Shown in pieces: positions 11,801-25,534 of a DNA stretch of 64,000 nucleotides. The notes under the pieces were generated by a model. The model searched no databases. It had not been told where the DNA came from and saw only the letters and a list, made by a program, of their open reading frames with translations. Each line of letters opens with the position of its first letter. Position 1 is the first letter of the stretch. The position numbers were made by a program, and so were the translations under genes. This DNA is from Lepidodermella squamata (Eukaryota; Animalia; Gastrotricha), in the NCBI GenBank assembly GCA_047495785.1, contig JBLDXI010000004.1, forward strand, positions 1,984,001-2,048,000, given 5' to 3'.

Positions 11801-14001
11801 CTCGGAGTCTCAGACAATGTAGCTGAAATATCAGAAAGCATTTATTAGACTATGTAACAACGCCGGAATTGTCCTTATACAGCATTCATTCTAAAAGGGC
11901 TCATTATGAAGGGATGATTATGAACTAGCAATGAACGTGAATAAACCGTTTCCAAATCCTATATATTTCTTTTCTACCCTGGCTTGATCTAAATTTGACA
12001 ATGGGATAAATTGTACGGGTTCGACTTTACGTAGATAGAAGGGTGAAGTTAGGACCCACTCAAGCTCATTGTTCATAATCGGACTACCACTTTCTGTAGT
12101 GGAAATGATAGAAATGGGTCCATATTATAAGCTGGGATATGTTCTTCCCCGTAGCCACCGTTAAAAAATTTTTCATTGGTTTAGCATGTCGTTAAACCAA
12201 TGAATAATAATGGTTTCGGAAGCATTTTTTCGGGATTCTATTATTGAATATGGCTGAAGTGCAAAGGCTGAAATCGTTGCTATTTTGTTTACGAAATTTC
12301 CCCATTTTTTGATACGAAGCGCGAACACGCTTTCTCATTTGGAATGGCGGCTCGAATGACGGTTTAGTGGTTAAGCTATAAAGCTATAAAGTACGTAAAC
12401 AAAACAATTCATCCGAAACTAATAAATAGTTTTTGAACAGTGGCTTTTGTAAACAAATTATTTCACACGGTGATAATATGGACTCGGTCCTATCATTTCC
12501 ACTGCAGAAAGCGGTAGTCCGATCATTGTTGTGGCCGTGGAGCCAAGGCAAAAATACCTATTTTTTGTTATCAAAGAAATATCAAAAAAAAACATTTGAA
12601 CAAAATAGGGATTACAAATTTAGATGAGGCCGACGCCCTGGCCCAGGATAGAACTACTTGGAGACAAACAATTCATAGTTATTTTGGTGAAATTAAAATA
12701 TCAGAGTAAGTGTGAGTTTTTGAGGTGGGTGATCAGGATAGGTAGCTTTCTACCGGTCCTCCTCCGACACTCGGTTCACTTGGCGTGAACAAAATTTAAA
12801 TCACGCCCGGCGAACCGGGTACACCGGAGTGAATTTTATTTTATCATTTATCCTTCCTTGTACTCAATTGTTACTGTTATGTTACTGTTGATCAATTAAT
12901 GAAGGAAAAGATAAAATAAAAAAAATGCTATGCTATGCTACGCTAAGTTTCAAAAATCGCAAAAAGAAGTGATTTGGCGCGGTTTCCGAGACGCTACAAA
13001 GAGGAGATTAGCAAAAGAAATATTTGGTTTGGATGGAAAATAATGACATGATTCATCTCATTGATTTTGAAACGATTAACTTTGCTCCTTATTAGTCTAA
13101 CTTCAGTTTTTCGTGTCAAAAACCTCTTAGTGCGGCGTCCTATCTACGTCACATGAGCATACCAGTTCAGATTTCTTCATAAAGACTCTAGATTTTACAT
13201 ATTTTCATACGCTATGCACTAGGAAAAATGGGAGACTATTTAAAAATAAATTGCTGTGTACGGCATTTATGGTTGTTCGTTCTACACTATAACTAAAGTA
13301 CAGAGGAATTTGAGCATACTGCTTTTAAAGTAACCCCAGCCAACTGCAACCGCTGAGTCGCATCCGTCGATCGAATTGGCGGTGACGGAGTTGGTTCGGC
13401 ACATAGTGGCCGCATCGGGCAAACAAATCGGTTTGATTTGCTGCGAGAATCTGGGAACTGGGGTCGTCAGTCGCAGCAGAGCAAAATCAAAGTCGTAGAA
13501 ATTCTGACTGCCGTTGTAAAGTGGATGCACCAAAGTGGATTCCACGAGAGATTCGTAAGAGCCCGCCTCAAAACGAACATAGACGTTATGGCGACCTATC
13601 AGCGCTTTGATACTGTAAAAATGAAAAATATTACATCGAACGTGTAAATGAACACTTGCACGTACAAAGTCGGAGTCTTGCCGGCATTCCAAACGCAATG
13701 AGCAGCTGTTATCAGCCATTGCCTCGAGATGAGAGAAGCTCCACAGTAAGACGCTGAAGTTTCGCCACTTTGGTAAATTTCAAGAAAAACCTAGAACAAG
13801 CATCCTGTTTGTTTAGCATTACAATGTTAAATGGAAGCGAACCAGCCACGGAAACTCGTGTGCTCCTGCTGGTTGACTTCCTGTTGATTTCGCCATTTGT
13901 GAAGGGTTCATAACCCCGCATCCGATCGCATTATCTTGAGCAACGACTAATCCAGATACCAGGACAAGAAAGCCGATTATCAAAGCTGTTAGGTAACGCA
14001 T
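8837..14001 (-). CDS. Secreted trypsin-like serine protease - 3x sushi/CCP - ankyrin-repeat protein, copy 1 (predicted 798 aa)
   Basis: Exons 14001-13843, 13790-13666, 13612-13320, 11822-11265, 11215-11039, 10979-10798, 9739-8837; all introns GT-AG; total 2397 nt, in frame. Signal peptide MRYLTALIIGFLVLVSGLVVA; triad motifs TAAHC / DFALLRL / GDSGGP; three 4-Cys CCP modules; ankyrin exon entered via tttag|ATC CGT GAA. Confidence 0.85.
10587..10744. mobile_element. Small palindromic MITE in intron 6 of copy 1
   Basis: About 50-bp inverted arms starting gagggtt.../...aaccctc, each holding the perfect 20-bp palindrome tcataaagtcgactttatga; flanked by 'att' on both sides. Confidence 0.7.
12076..12522. 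mobile_element. MITE in intron 3 of copy 1 (ends approximate)
   Basis: atcggactaccactttctgtagtggaaatgatag is matched by the inverted ctatcatttccactgcagaaagcggtagtccgat. Confidence 0.6.
12590..12945 (+). mobile_element. 5'-truncated RTE-like LINE 3' end
   Basis: Encodes 'ADALAQDRTTWRQTI', a typical RTE ORF C-terminus, followed by a 3'UTR and an A-rich/(tgcta)n tail. A related 3' motif (tcacgcccggcgaa...gggtacaccggagt) recurs inverted at ~55403-55433. Confidence 0.65.
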
Positions 14002-14537
14002 TTTGGAAACTTTACAAAAAAGCTATGATAAAGCTACAAACAAAGGCTTGATAAATTCTTCTCCATATACGCGTAAACGTGCAGCCTAAGTATTTTGCAT
14101 ATATTAAGCTTTTATTCGTGTCTTTTTGCATAGTGATATATTACCATCACTATATTACTATTCGTGTTTTTTCTTAGTTTATAATATTGACGGAATACGC
14201 AATAGTCAAAGACCATGTTGGCAATACTCAAACTAGATTATCGTTGAAGATCTCGGAATAGATTGAAAACATCCAGTTAATGTTTGCGCTGCAGCTTGGC
14301 TATTCTGAGGTCGGGCCTCGATCGCTTCGCAACCGGCGACTTCAACCAGTACAGCAAAGCGTGTGTTGTGATTGTAATAACCGCATCGGTCATAGTTCGC
14401 ATGCTGAAACCCGGACTCGTCGATAGCGTCGGCTATGCTTAAATGTATCATTCATCACAGATCGCTTCGCTAATTAGATCCCAGTGACCCCTACACTAGA
14501 ATTTACTAGAGATAGAACGGTATATACCCATATTGGC

Positions 14538-14693
14538 GGAGCTTCTCTCATCTCGAAGCAATGGCTGATAACAGCTGCGCATTGCGTTTGGAATGCTGGA
14601 GAGACTCCGACTTTGTGCATGGAAGTGTTCATTTACCTCTTTGATGGTATATTTTTCATTGGCATAGTATCAAAGCGCTGATAGGTCGCCATA
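14538..14693 (+). pseudogene. Inverted fragment of a protease paralogue (part of exon 2, intron 2, start of exon 3)
   Basis: GASLISKQWLITAAHCVWNAGETPT, then an intron remnant and tag|tatcaaagcgctgataggtcgccata. Opposite strand to copy 1; no other exons present. Confidence 0.85.
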
Positions 14694-15464
14694 CTCCCAT
14701 TTTGCCTGAAAGCGGATAACTGATGTAGCCATCGCGAGATGGAATTTTCTCAATTTTGTGTGTAACTTGATTGCCGATTTTAACTTGAGAAGTCCACACT
14801 GAAGAATAGCCTAGAAAAGCCCAGAAAACTCCTAGAAAAAAGAAGCCTAGAAAAATCGATACTATTATTATTATTATTATCTTTATTTCGAAAAATATTC
14901 TATCGTATAAAAATCGGTACAAAAGATTCGTGGTTTCAAAAGGGCACGCAGGCCGCTAACTTTGAACCAATTATTACAATATAAGTATTTTGAGTAGTGC
15001 AACAGAAGGAATAAGGTTTTAGATCAGAAGAATCAGAAGAATCAATAGGAATGAAATTACTACGAATAAATGTACAAAGGATGATTTGTTTGAACACAGT
15101 TAGTTATTAGACGGACAGAATTTAGAGAAATCGAGTTTAACAATTTTTGATTTAAAAAAGGTGGATTTGGTAGTAAAGTTGTCAGAGGTAATAAAAACAG
15201 AATCAGGAAGGCTGTTCCAAATAGGCAAGACACGATTTATAGAATAATTTTTAAAAATAGGTTTCGTAGCGTTACGATAGGTTCCGTTAGGTAGGCAAAA
15301 CATAAGGCGATGAGAATGGCCACGAGTATGAGAGTTCACAAGCTCTAGATTTTGAGAGATGGAGGAATCGATTTGATTATTGTAAATTTTAAAAAGAAGA
15401 TAGAGATCCAAGTGAATGCGACGTGTTTCGAGTGAGTCGAGTTTTAAAATACGAAGCCGTTCTT

Positions 15465-18400
15465 CCCGGACAAAAAAGTTTGAGTAAATTAACATTGTAA
15501 ATTCCTGTAATTTCGGGTATTTTGCAGTTTATTTTGGTATTTTCATGTAAGTAGATCAGGAACCAGCTCAGCGATCCGGAATTCAGCGTTGTAAAACAGG
15601 TTTTGTCGTTTTTCGGCCGAGGAAACTCATGGAAATTCGTGTAAACGCTGAAATTCGGTCATGTAAACTCGTGGATTTTCGTCTTTCAGTTATTTCTTCG
15701 ATGTATTTTCATGGTAACTGTATGATTTCTCGTCTGAAACATCCCCACATGATTTTACATCCTGGAATAGACGTTGTATTCTCATGTAAGTAGATCGAAT
15801 GAATAAAGATATTAATTAATTTTGGAAAATTCAGCCGAAAATCCCTCATTTAGCAGCCGAAATTTTCGACATTGGCTTTACATGAAATTACACGAACAGA
15901 AATGTTACGGAATTTTAAGGATTTCGTCTTATTGTATTTCTGGAGAAAACAGAGTGGTTACACGAAAATACACGGAGTTGAAATGATGAATACGGGCGAT
16001 TTATTGCTCGAATAAACACCATGTAAATTCATGTAGATTGATTGCGAAAGTAAAGCTTTGAACGATGACAAGAGTCTGATAAAATTTAAGTATTTTCGCA
16101 AAAAACGGAGTTTAGGGGATTACAGTTTAAATTATGCGAAAATGTAGGAAAAATCTGGACACAAATATTACATTTTAGTGGATTTTCGTCGAATTTTAAA
16201 ACGCTGCGTTAATAACTCGTGTAGAGTGCACAGTACGTGTGATCAGGCAAATAACAAATTTCGCAGTTTTCCGTGATTTTCCGAATAAAATTACTAGGGC
16301 ACTTCAAATGCTACGGTCTTTCATAAGAAGGCTTCATTTCTGCAGGTTGAATATATGCTAAAAATGAGAAAATTGCATAGAATGCCAATCAGAAAAATAC
16401 CTGATTTTGCCTATTCTTGTCATGTTCACAATTTTTCGAAATTTAAAGCGAAGTTCGGCAGTATCCTATAAATTTCGTATTTTCAATCGGTCGAACTGAG
16501 GTTTTTTGCTCGTTTCGAGGTTTTTGGACACCGGCAATCGACCGAAGTGAAATTTCGACTTGAAACAATCACTGTTCAGGTTCAGGGTAAAAATAGGTGA
16601 TGCTTGATTTCAGCGTACTGTGAAGATCGGGCTTCTTCAAAGTCATAAATTTAGACCTTAAATCACAAATGCGTATCGAGTGACCTATATATTTATTATA
16701 AATTACTCCTTAAATGAATAATTTTTGCGGGTCATCTTCGAGTCGGCTATATTCTCTCCTTCGTTGCTTGTTCAGGCTGTTTTTGTCAATGTCCGATCAG
16801 AACTTTATTGAAAAATCTTGAATCAAATTTTTAATAATGGGAATTCCAACCAAAGCAAACGATTAATCTTGAAAATAATGGGTTTCATTTACAATTAACG
16901 GTAAAATTATTAGCTTGAATTGGAGAAAATTACTGATGATAAATCAATAGAAAAATTGCAGAAAAAGAATTCAGTTATTTACGAAATTCAAGCTTAAATT
17001 CAGGGCTTTTTCCTAAAATAATTTAGTTGTATTCTGCTCAGGGTAAAGTTGGTATGGGATTGAAATGTGGCACAAGGCACAAGTATTGGAACAAAGATAA
17101 TTCAAAATTATGAATTTTCGAAATTATTTTGGATTGGCTAATAAATTTGTTAAGCTGGAAGATCAGGAGAAACAATTCCTATAAATAATAGCCATTTAAA
17201 TTCCACCAGCATATAAAATTAAAATAATAATAATAATAATTTGCCGTGAAAACGATACGCCCATGTGAGCGTTGAGGGCGATTGACCATTAAAAGCCCGA
17301 AGTACCCGGACTAAAAAGTTTCAGCTTGTAAACTCGTGTAAAATGGGGTTAAAACACGTCCTTGTATTTTCATGTAATTTCATGTAGAAATGGAATCGAG
17401 TCCTATGAATTTACATGATCATTTTATTGATTCAGCTCACATGAATTTACATTTAGACCATAATTAGCCGCCGTTCACCCTGCGCTTCCACGGAATTACA
17501 CGGAGTTGTGAGTCTGGTTGATTTCGCCGGAAACGTTGGAAAAACTTGTCTTGACTTGCTTCTCCCAGCTGAATCGTCAAACTTGAGTTTCCAACGGAAT
17601 TTCGCCGTTGTAAACCAGTGTAGAAAGTACGGTTCGGATGCGTTCGGATCATCCGAACCTAAAATTTGGGAAAATGAAATTTTTGTGCCGAAGTGTAAGG
17701 GTCCCCCCTGTGGATTTGTCACCCAAGGCGCCGAAATCCGTACCTTTGCCGTCTTCCTACTTTCTACACTGTTGTAAACTCATGTAAGAAGATTCAGCCA
17801 AGAAAAGCAAGTCAAGACAAGTTTTTTCAGCGTTTCCAGCGAAATCAACCAGACTCACAACTCCGTGTAATTCCGTGGAAGCGCAGAGAGATGGCTCAAA
17901 AATATAGTATTTTTCACACAGACTGCGCGAAAATGGCACAAAAAGTCGAGGAACATCGTGTAATTCCGTGTAAGCACGGGCAGAACAGCGCAGAAACAAC
18001 AATTTCCACACAAAATTCGCGAAAATGGGAAAAAAATCGTGAAAAATAGTGTGATAAGCAGAGAATTGGCAGCACGGAAACAGCAAGAGAAAATAGTAAT
18101 TTCAACAGAAATGACGATTTTCGGATCAACGGCATTTTTTATGAAAATATCAAATTTCACAGATTTCGCGAAAAGCACAAAAATAGAGAAAAATCGTTTT
18201 TTTGTCTTATCTTCGGCGCGCTTTTGCGCTCAAATGCGAATCATGTGGCATTCCTAGAACAGCCAAAATTCAGTTTAATGTGAACAGCTTCAGTCTGCGG
18301 TTACAACAGAATTCAGCTGAAAATAACGAAAAATGAAGTTATAATCGAAACGTGGCATCGGCGTATGATCACCTGAATTTCAAAATCAGCAACAGTAGCA

Positions 18401-21400
18401 ACAATATCATGTCGTGTGCTTAGTCGGCGTCAGCAGCCGGTCTTTTGCAAAATCCCTGAAAATCAACACAATTTAAATTCAGAATGAATCGACAACATCC
18501 GAAAGTTGTTGCTCAATTAGAAAATTTTAGATTAAATTTATAATTAAAATGTGTGGTCTTTTGAAGTAAAATTGCAAAATAACCTAAAGTTTTCTCCAGC
18601 TTGTTGTAGTTCTATTCAGGATCAAAGTCTGGCCCAACCTGATGTAGGGGACCGCAAACTCGGAAATTGCCTGAGCATGAAAATGGCAATAATTTTTTAA
18701 TCAAAAATTGTCTCACCAATTTCCAGAGATTATTCACCTTCATTGCAGTATATTTTCGGGTTCGATCAACGACGCGATCATTCCATAATGCAGTCGTTCG
18801 GGGACATTTGTCCTGAGTGAAAACGTCAATTAATTAAATAATTTAATTAATTTAAGGTGGATTATGGCTCACCACGTTTCAGGAAATGTGTGAGGCTCGG
18901 CGAAATTCTTGGCCATTGCCCACAAACTACAGTGATTCAGAAATTAAATTGAATGTAAATTATGCAAAAACAAAATAATTTTTTTAAACCTTTGCCCTCT
19001 TGAGACATTTTAGATTGGGTCTTACTTTTAGCGGAACCAAATTCAAAAATTTGACTGTGCGGGAACCAAATTTGCGTGTTAGCGGAACCGAATTTGACTG
19101 TGGCGAAACCAAATTTTCAATGGATCTAAAACCACTTTTCGAACCTATTCAAGATGCCATGATTGATCAGCAGAATTCAAAATAAACCATCTTTAAATTC
19201 AGCGTGAAATTCCGTGAAAGGCGCGTTCATCACTATAGAATTCATACTTTGCCCCAATTTCGTAGAAATATTCGATAAGTGACGTTTTGCTCATCTAAAA
19301 TTAGTTTCCGCAAGGTGCGGATTTGGTTCCGCTACAGCAACATTCGGATCCGCAACAAGAAAACTAGGTTCCACTAAAAGATATACTATTCGGTCCACCT
19401 TGTACCGGAACCATAATAATTAGCCATAATAATTAAAAAAATCACCAGGAATTCAACGAAATCTGAAATCTGAAATTGTTCACTTCAGAACTCTTCCTTT
19501 GTAGAATTATTTATATTTAAATTATAGCGCGGAAAGAATTTCCGGAAATTTCAATTTTTTTAATCTAAAAACTGCCTGGGAAGATGAAGAAATCTTAACA
19601 AATTTGTTGCAATATGTTAGCAGCTGAAACCAAATTCTTCTTTATTTTAAAATTCTAATTTCAAAGAGGAATTTTTTCAAATTCAAGAAATAAATTTTTA
19701 GAGAATTTTTTCAAGTCACGTGATTGATATTTGAAATTACGGCTATTTTTATATGCATTTCCGCGAATTGGCGTGGCGTGAAGCCATCGACAGTTATGCC
19801 TTGACTATCCCAAATTCACCTCGAACTATCGGATTCTAACAATATTATGTAACCTCAAAGGTTCAATTTTCATAAATTAAAAATCCCTAAAATATTAAAT
19901 ATTAAATCATACCGCTAAAAAACTTAATTACTTATTAAACAAGAATGTTTAGTCTAAGAAGCTGGCGATGGCGATAGCAAATTTCGAAAACGAATTGCAA
20001 GGTTTGGATCACACGGAAAATGACCTGTTCCAATTCTAGCTCAGTCGCTAATAATCGCCTATCCCTAACTGTAGCCCAGAGTGGCTTGAGAGTTGATGTC
20101 GGCTCGAAAACATTAACGATTTATCAAAGATAAATTTAGAAATTTAGTCTTGAAGTTAGCAAGGTGAGTTGAGCGTCAAAAACCACGAAGCATAATCGTG
20201 ATAAGAATCCAATCAAATAGTAGCTAAAATTATTTACGTTGCACTTACCTGTCGAAATCATAACTAACTGAGGTAGAAGTAAAAAGTTGGCTTCGAAAAG
20301 CTGGAATTCTCGCGGGCCAATGCCGTAAAATCCGAAAATTGCCGGAAGTCCCGGAACCAACGAGAAGCGGCCAATTAATGAAAACGGGGCAATAAATAAA
20401 TGTCGACAATTATTAACTTTGTCTGCTTACCTTTGACCTCGCAAACCTATGTCGAACAGCCTATTTTTCAATCAAAACGCCAGCAACATGAAATAAAAAG
20501 TTGACCTGATTTTAAACGACGGAAAAAGAGTGAATAGCTGTGTTGTTCTCATTCCGTTGAGTTTGTCCTAAGGCGCACGTGCCAGATGACACGTAACACA
20601 TGGCCCGCTTCAGTTAAAATGAGTTTTTATTACATTTTTATCATTTTTTATCTCTCTCATTTCACATTTAGTAGGAATTTTCTCGGGACATCGTGTAAAT
20701 CCATCCGCAGGTCTATTATTTGCTGGGTACTAGTATAGCCGAAGGCAAGCTCTGAAATGATTTTTTTAAACACAATTCAAGGTTGACGTTTTTCGAGAAT
20801 TTTCCTTGGATTTGGATTGAAACTTAGCTGATTTTTTGCGAGGTTAAATTAAAAATTGCGAAATTAATTGCGCAAATCAAGAACATTTGCTATTAGATAT
20901 TAAGTACTCCTAGTTTGATCAGTGTTAGCCCTGGAATCCAACCGCCTTTCAAAATTATAAAAATAGATTATATCCACATTTTTCCAATTTTTTTACCTCC
21001 TCCTGACACATTTACGTAGGAGAAAATTCCTACTAAATGTGAAATGAGAGAGATAAAAAATGATAAAAATGTAATAAAAACTCATTTTAACTGAAGCGGG
21101 CCATGTGTTACGTGTCATCTGGCACGTGCGCCTTAGGACAAACTCAACGGAATGAGAACAACACAGCTATTCACTCTTTTTCCGTCGTTTAAAATCAGGT
21201 CAACTTTTTATTTCATGTTGCTGGCGTTTTGATTGAAAAATAGGCTGTTCGACATAGGTTTGCGAGGTCAAAGGTAAGCAGACAAAGTTAATAATTGTCG
21301 ACATTTATTTATTGCCCCGTTTTCATTAATTGGCCGCTTCTCGTTGGTTCCGGGACTTCCGGCAATTTTCGGATTTTACGGCATTGGCCCGCGAGAATTC

Positions 21401-24253
21401 CAGCTTTTCGAAGCCAACTTTTTACTTCTACCTCAGTTAGTTATGATTTCGACAGGTAAGTGCAACGTAAATAATTTTAGCTACTATTTGATTGGATTCT
21501 TATCACGATTATGCTTCGTGGTTTTTGACGCTCAACTCACCTTGCTAACTTCAAGACTAAATTTCTAAATTTATCTTTGATAAATCGTTAATGTTTTCGA
21601 GCCGACATCAACTCTCAAGCTGTTCTAGGAATGCCACATGATTCGCATTTGAGCGCAAAAGCGCGCCGAAGATAAGACAAAAAAACGATTTTTCTCTATT
21701 TTTGTGCTTTTCGCGAAATCTGTGAAATTTGATATTTTCATAAAAAATGCCGTTGATCCGAAAATCGTCATTTCTGTTGAAATTACTATTTTCTCTTGCT
21801 GTTTCCGTGCTGCCAATTCTCTGCTTATCACACTATTTTTCACGATTTTTTTCCCATTTTCGCGAATTTTGTGTGGAAATTGTTGTTTCTGCGCTGTTCT
21901 GCCCGTGCTTACACGGAATTACACGATGTTCCTCGACTTTTTGTGCCATTTTCGCGCAGTCTGTGTGAAAAATACTATATTTTTGAGCCATCTCTCTGCG
22001 CTTCCACGGAATTACACGGAGTTGTGAGTCTGGTTGATTTCGCTGGAAACGCTGAAAAAACTTGTCTTGACTTGCTTTTCTTGGCTGAATCTTCTTACAT
22101 GAGTTTACAACGGCGAAATTCCGTTGGAAACTCAAGTTTGACGATTCAGCTGGGAGAAGCAAGTCAAGACAAGTTTTTCCAACGTTTCCGGCGAAATCAA
22201 CCAGACTCACAACTCCGTGTAATTCCGTGGAAGCGCAGGGTGAACGGCGGCTAATTATGGTCTAAATGTAAATTCATGTGAGCTGAATCAATAAAATGAT
22301 CATGTAAATTCATAGGACTCGATTCCATTTCTACATGAAATTACATGAAAATACAAGGACGTGTTTTAACCCCATTTTACACGAGTTTACAAGCTGAAAC
22401 TTTTTAGTCCGGGTACTTCGGGCTTTTAATGGTCAATCGCCCTCAACGCTCACATGGGCGTATCGTTTTCACGGCAAATTATTATTATTATTATTTTAAT
22501 TTTATATGCTGGTGGAATTTAAATGGCTATTATTTATAGGAATTGTTTCTCCTGATCTTCCAGCTTAACAAATTTATTAGCCAATCCAAAATAATTTCGA
22601 AAATTCATAATTTTGAATTATCTTTGTTCCAATACTTGTGCCTTGTGCCACATTTCAATCCCATACCAACTTTACCCTGAGCAGAATACAACTAAATTAT
22701 TTTAGGAAAAAGCCCTGAATTTAAGCTTGAATTTCGTAAATAACTGAATTCTTTTTCTGCAATTTTTCTATTGATTTATCATCAGTAATTTTCTCCAATT
22801 CAAGCTAATAATTTTACCGTTAATTGTAAATGAAACCCATTATTTTCAAGATTAATCGTTTGCTTTGGTTGGAATTCCCATTATTAAAAATTTGATTCAA
22901 GATTTTTCAATAAAGTTCTGATCGGACATTGACAAAAACAGCCTGAACAAGCAACGAAGGAGAGAATATAGCCGACTCGAAGATGACCCGCAAAAATTAT
23001 TCATTTAAGGAGTAATTTATAATAAATATATAGGTCACTCGATACGCATTTGTGATTTAAGGTCTAAATTTATGACTTTGAAGAAGCCCGATCTTCACAG
23101 TACGCTGAAATCAAGCATCACCTATTTTTACCCTGAACCTGAACAGTGATTGTTTCAAGTCGAAATTTCACTTCGGTCGATTGCCGGTGTCCAAAAACCT
23201 CGAAACGAGCAAAAAACCTCAGTTCGACCGATTGAAAATACGAAATTTATAGGATACTGCCGAACTTCGCTTTAAATTTCGAAAAATTGTGAACATGACA
23301 AGAATAGGCAAAATCAGGTATTTTTCTGATTGGCATTCTATGCAATTTTCTCATTTTTAGCATATATTCAACCTGCAGAAATGAAGCCTTCTTATGAAAG
23401 ACCGTAGCATTTGAAGTGCCCTAGTAATTTTATTCGGAAAATCACGGAAAACTGCGAAATTTGTTATTTGCCTGATCACACGTACTGTGCACTCTACACG
23501 AGTTATTAACGCAGCGTTTTAAAATTCGACGAAAATCCACTAAAATGTAATATTTGTGTCCAGATTTTTCCTACATTTTCGCATAATTTAAACTGTAATC
23601 CCCTAAACTCCGTTTTTTGCGAAAATACTTAAATTTTATCAGACTCTTGTCATCGTTCAAAGCTTTACTTTCGCAATCAATCTACATGAATTTACATGGT
23701 GTTTATTCGAGCAATAAATCGCCCGTATTCATCATTTCAACTCCGTGTATTTTCGTGTAACCACTCTGTTTTCTCCAGAAATACAATAAGACGAAATCCT
23801 TAAAATTCCGTAACATTTCTGTTCGTGTAATTTCATGTAAAGCCAATGTCGAAAATTTCGGCTGCTAAATGAGGGATTTTCGGCTGAATTTTCCAAAATT
23901 AATTAATATCTTTATTCATTCGATCTACTTACATGAGAATACAACGTCTATTCCAGGATGTAAAATCATGTGGGGATGTTTCAGACGAGAAATCATACAG
24001 TTACCATGAAAATACATCGAAGAAATAACTGAAAGACGAAAATCCACGAGTTTACATGACCGAATTTCAGCGTTTACACGAATTTCCATGAGTTTCCTCG
24101 GCCGAAAAACGACAAAACCTGTTTTACAACGCTGAATTCCGGATCGCTGAGCTGGTTCCTGATCTACTTACATGAAAATACCAAAATAAACTGCAAAATA
24201 CCCGAAATTACAGGAATTTACAATGTTAATTTACTCAAACTTTTTTGTCCGGG
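15465..24253. mobile_element. Giant non-coding foldback (palindromic) element
   Basis: Termini cccggacaaaaaagtttgag / ctcaaacttttttgtccggg. Arms 15465-18263 and 21619-24253, and 20084-20684 and 21020-21620, are near-perfect reverse complements; central spacer 20685-21019. Many catgtaa/cgtgtaa motifs; no credible ORF. Confidence 0.9.
17616..17771. mobile_element. hAT-type MITE (156 bp)
   Basis: TIR cagtgtagaaagta / tactttctacactg; 8-bp TSD ttgtaaac at 17608-17615 and 17772-17779; absent from the mirror arm of the foldback. Confidence 0.92.
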
Positions 24254-24476
24254 TATTGTGTTAACACTATTGTAAGCCTTAGTTATAATAGAATTGTAGT
24301 GAGATCTAAAAGTAAGCTCATCGTCAACAACAATGCCGAGATCTTTGTATGAATTAGATATAGCATGTTTATGTCCGCCTAGAGAATAAGAAATACGAGG
24401 ATTATTGTGGCCTAGATGCATGACGGCACATTTTTCAAAAGAAAGACCAAGCTGCCAATCGCTAACCCAGGCAAAG

Positions 24477-25534
24477 CAGTGATCCGACTAGGTCTGAGTG
24501 CTAGGGGGTACGCCTAAAAGTGGTAAAAAGAATTTCGCTCGCGAACTTCGTTCGCTCGCATTGTCAGCTAACATCTATACTTACTATTAATATACTTTCA
24601 TTTTTCATTAGAAATTGGCAACGTGCACTAATTTTACAGGTGTATACATAGTTGAACTGAAGCGGTATATTAAACAGGCTATCCTTCTTGTGTGCGAGCG
24701 AAGCGAGCAAGAAAATTTTAGATTTTCAAAGCAATTCTGCCCAAAATTGCATTTAAATTGATATAAATTATTAACAAACTGTTGAAATTACTTTAAATTT
24801 TCAATAGATATCGTCTAAAAAATGTAGCGCGTAAAAAATTAAAAATCAAAATTCAAAATTGCGGAATTTTTAAAAATAAATTAGATATTCTGAATCAGCA
24901 TGAAAAGTTAGGCTAGTGTGCAAATTTGCGCGCGATTACATTGAAAATTCAAGAAGAAATGAGACGTTGAAGAAGCGCGCTTGTGAGTGTGTGACTAGCA
25001 CGCGCACGTCAACTGCGAGCGCTTTTCTCCGGTTAATGCGTGTACAACCTTGCGCGCGTTTGCGAGGAAGCTGATTTCGTAGTGCGCGCACTCACTAAAA
25101 TGCTTACTTTCCACTACCTATTTCTCTCTCAATTTTCAATGTAATCGCGCGCAAATTTGCACACTAGCCTAACTTTTCATGCTGATTCAGAATATCTAAT
25201 TTCTTTTTAAAAGTTCCGCAGCGTTTAAATTTTGATTTTTAATTTTTACGCTCATTATCGGAAATTTATTAGGGTACTCCAAGTTGTTTGGATTCTCGCT
25301 GTAAGCTTGGTTATCGAAAGCCACACCAATTATTATACGTAAAACGCTTGGAAAGCTGATAATAGTGTCATTTAGAATGAAAAATTTCAAATTTTGACCC
25401 ATGGTGAAGCCAGATTTTTTCATAAAAATTTCCTTTTTCAAATCTGCTAGGGGGTACGCGGCACCCCTTCCACTTTTTGGGTCTTCTCCAAGGGGGTACG
25501 CGCCACCCCCGTACCCCCCGCACTCGGAACACTG
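24477..25534. mobile_element. Non-autonomous hAT element inserted in the CR1 RT
   Basis: TIR cagtg(a/t)tccga; 8-bp TSD aggcaaag at 24469-24476 and 25535-25542; contains a nested palindromic MITE at ~24827-25252. Confidence 0.9.

Noticed and set aside
17453-22254. Duplicated ORFs inside the foldback element
   Set aside because: No recognisable domains; they are mirrored only because the DNA is palindromic.
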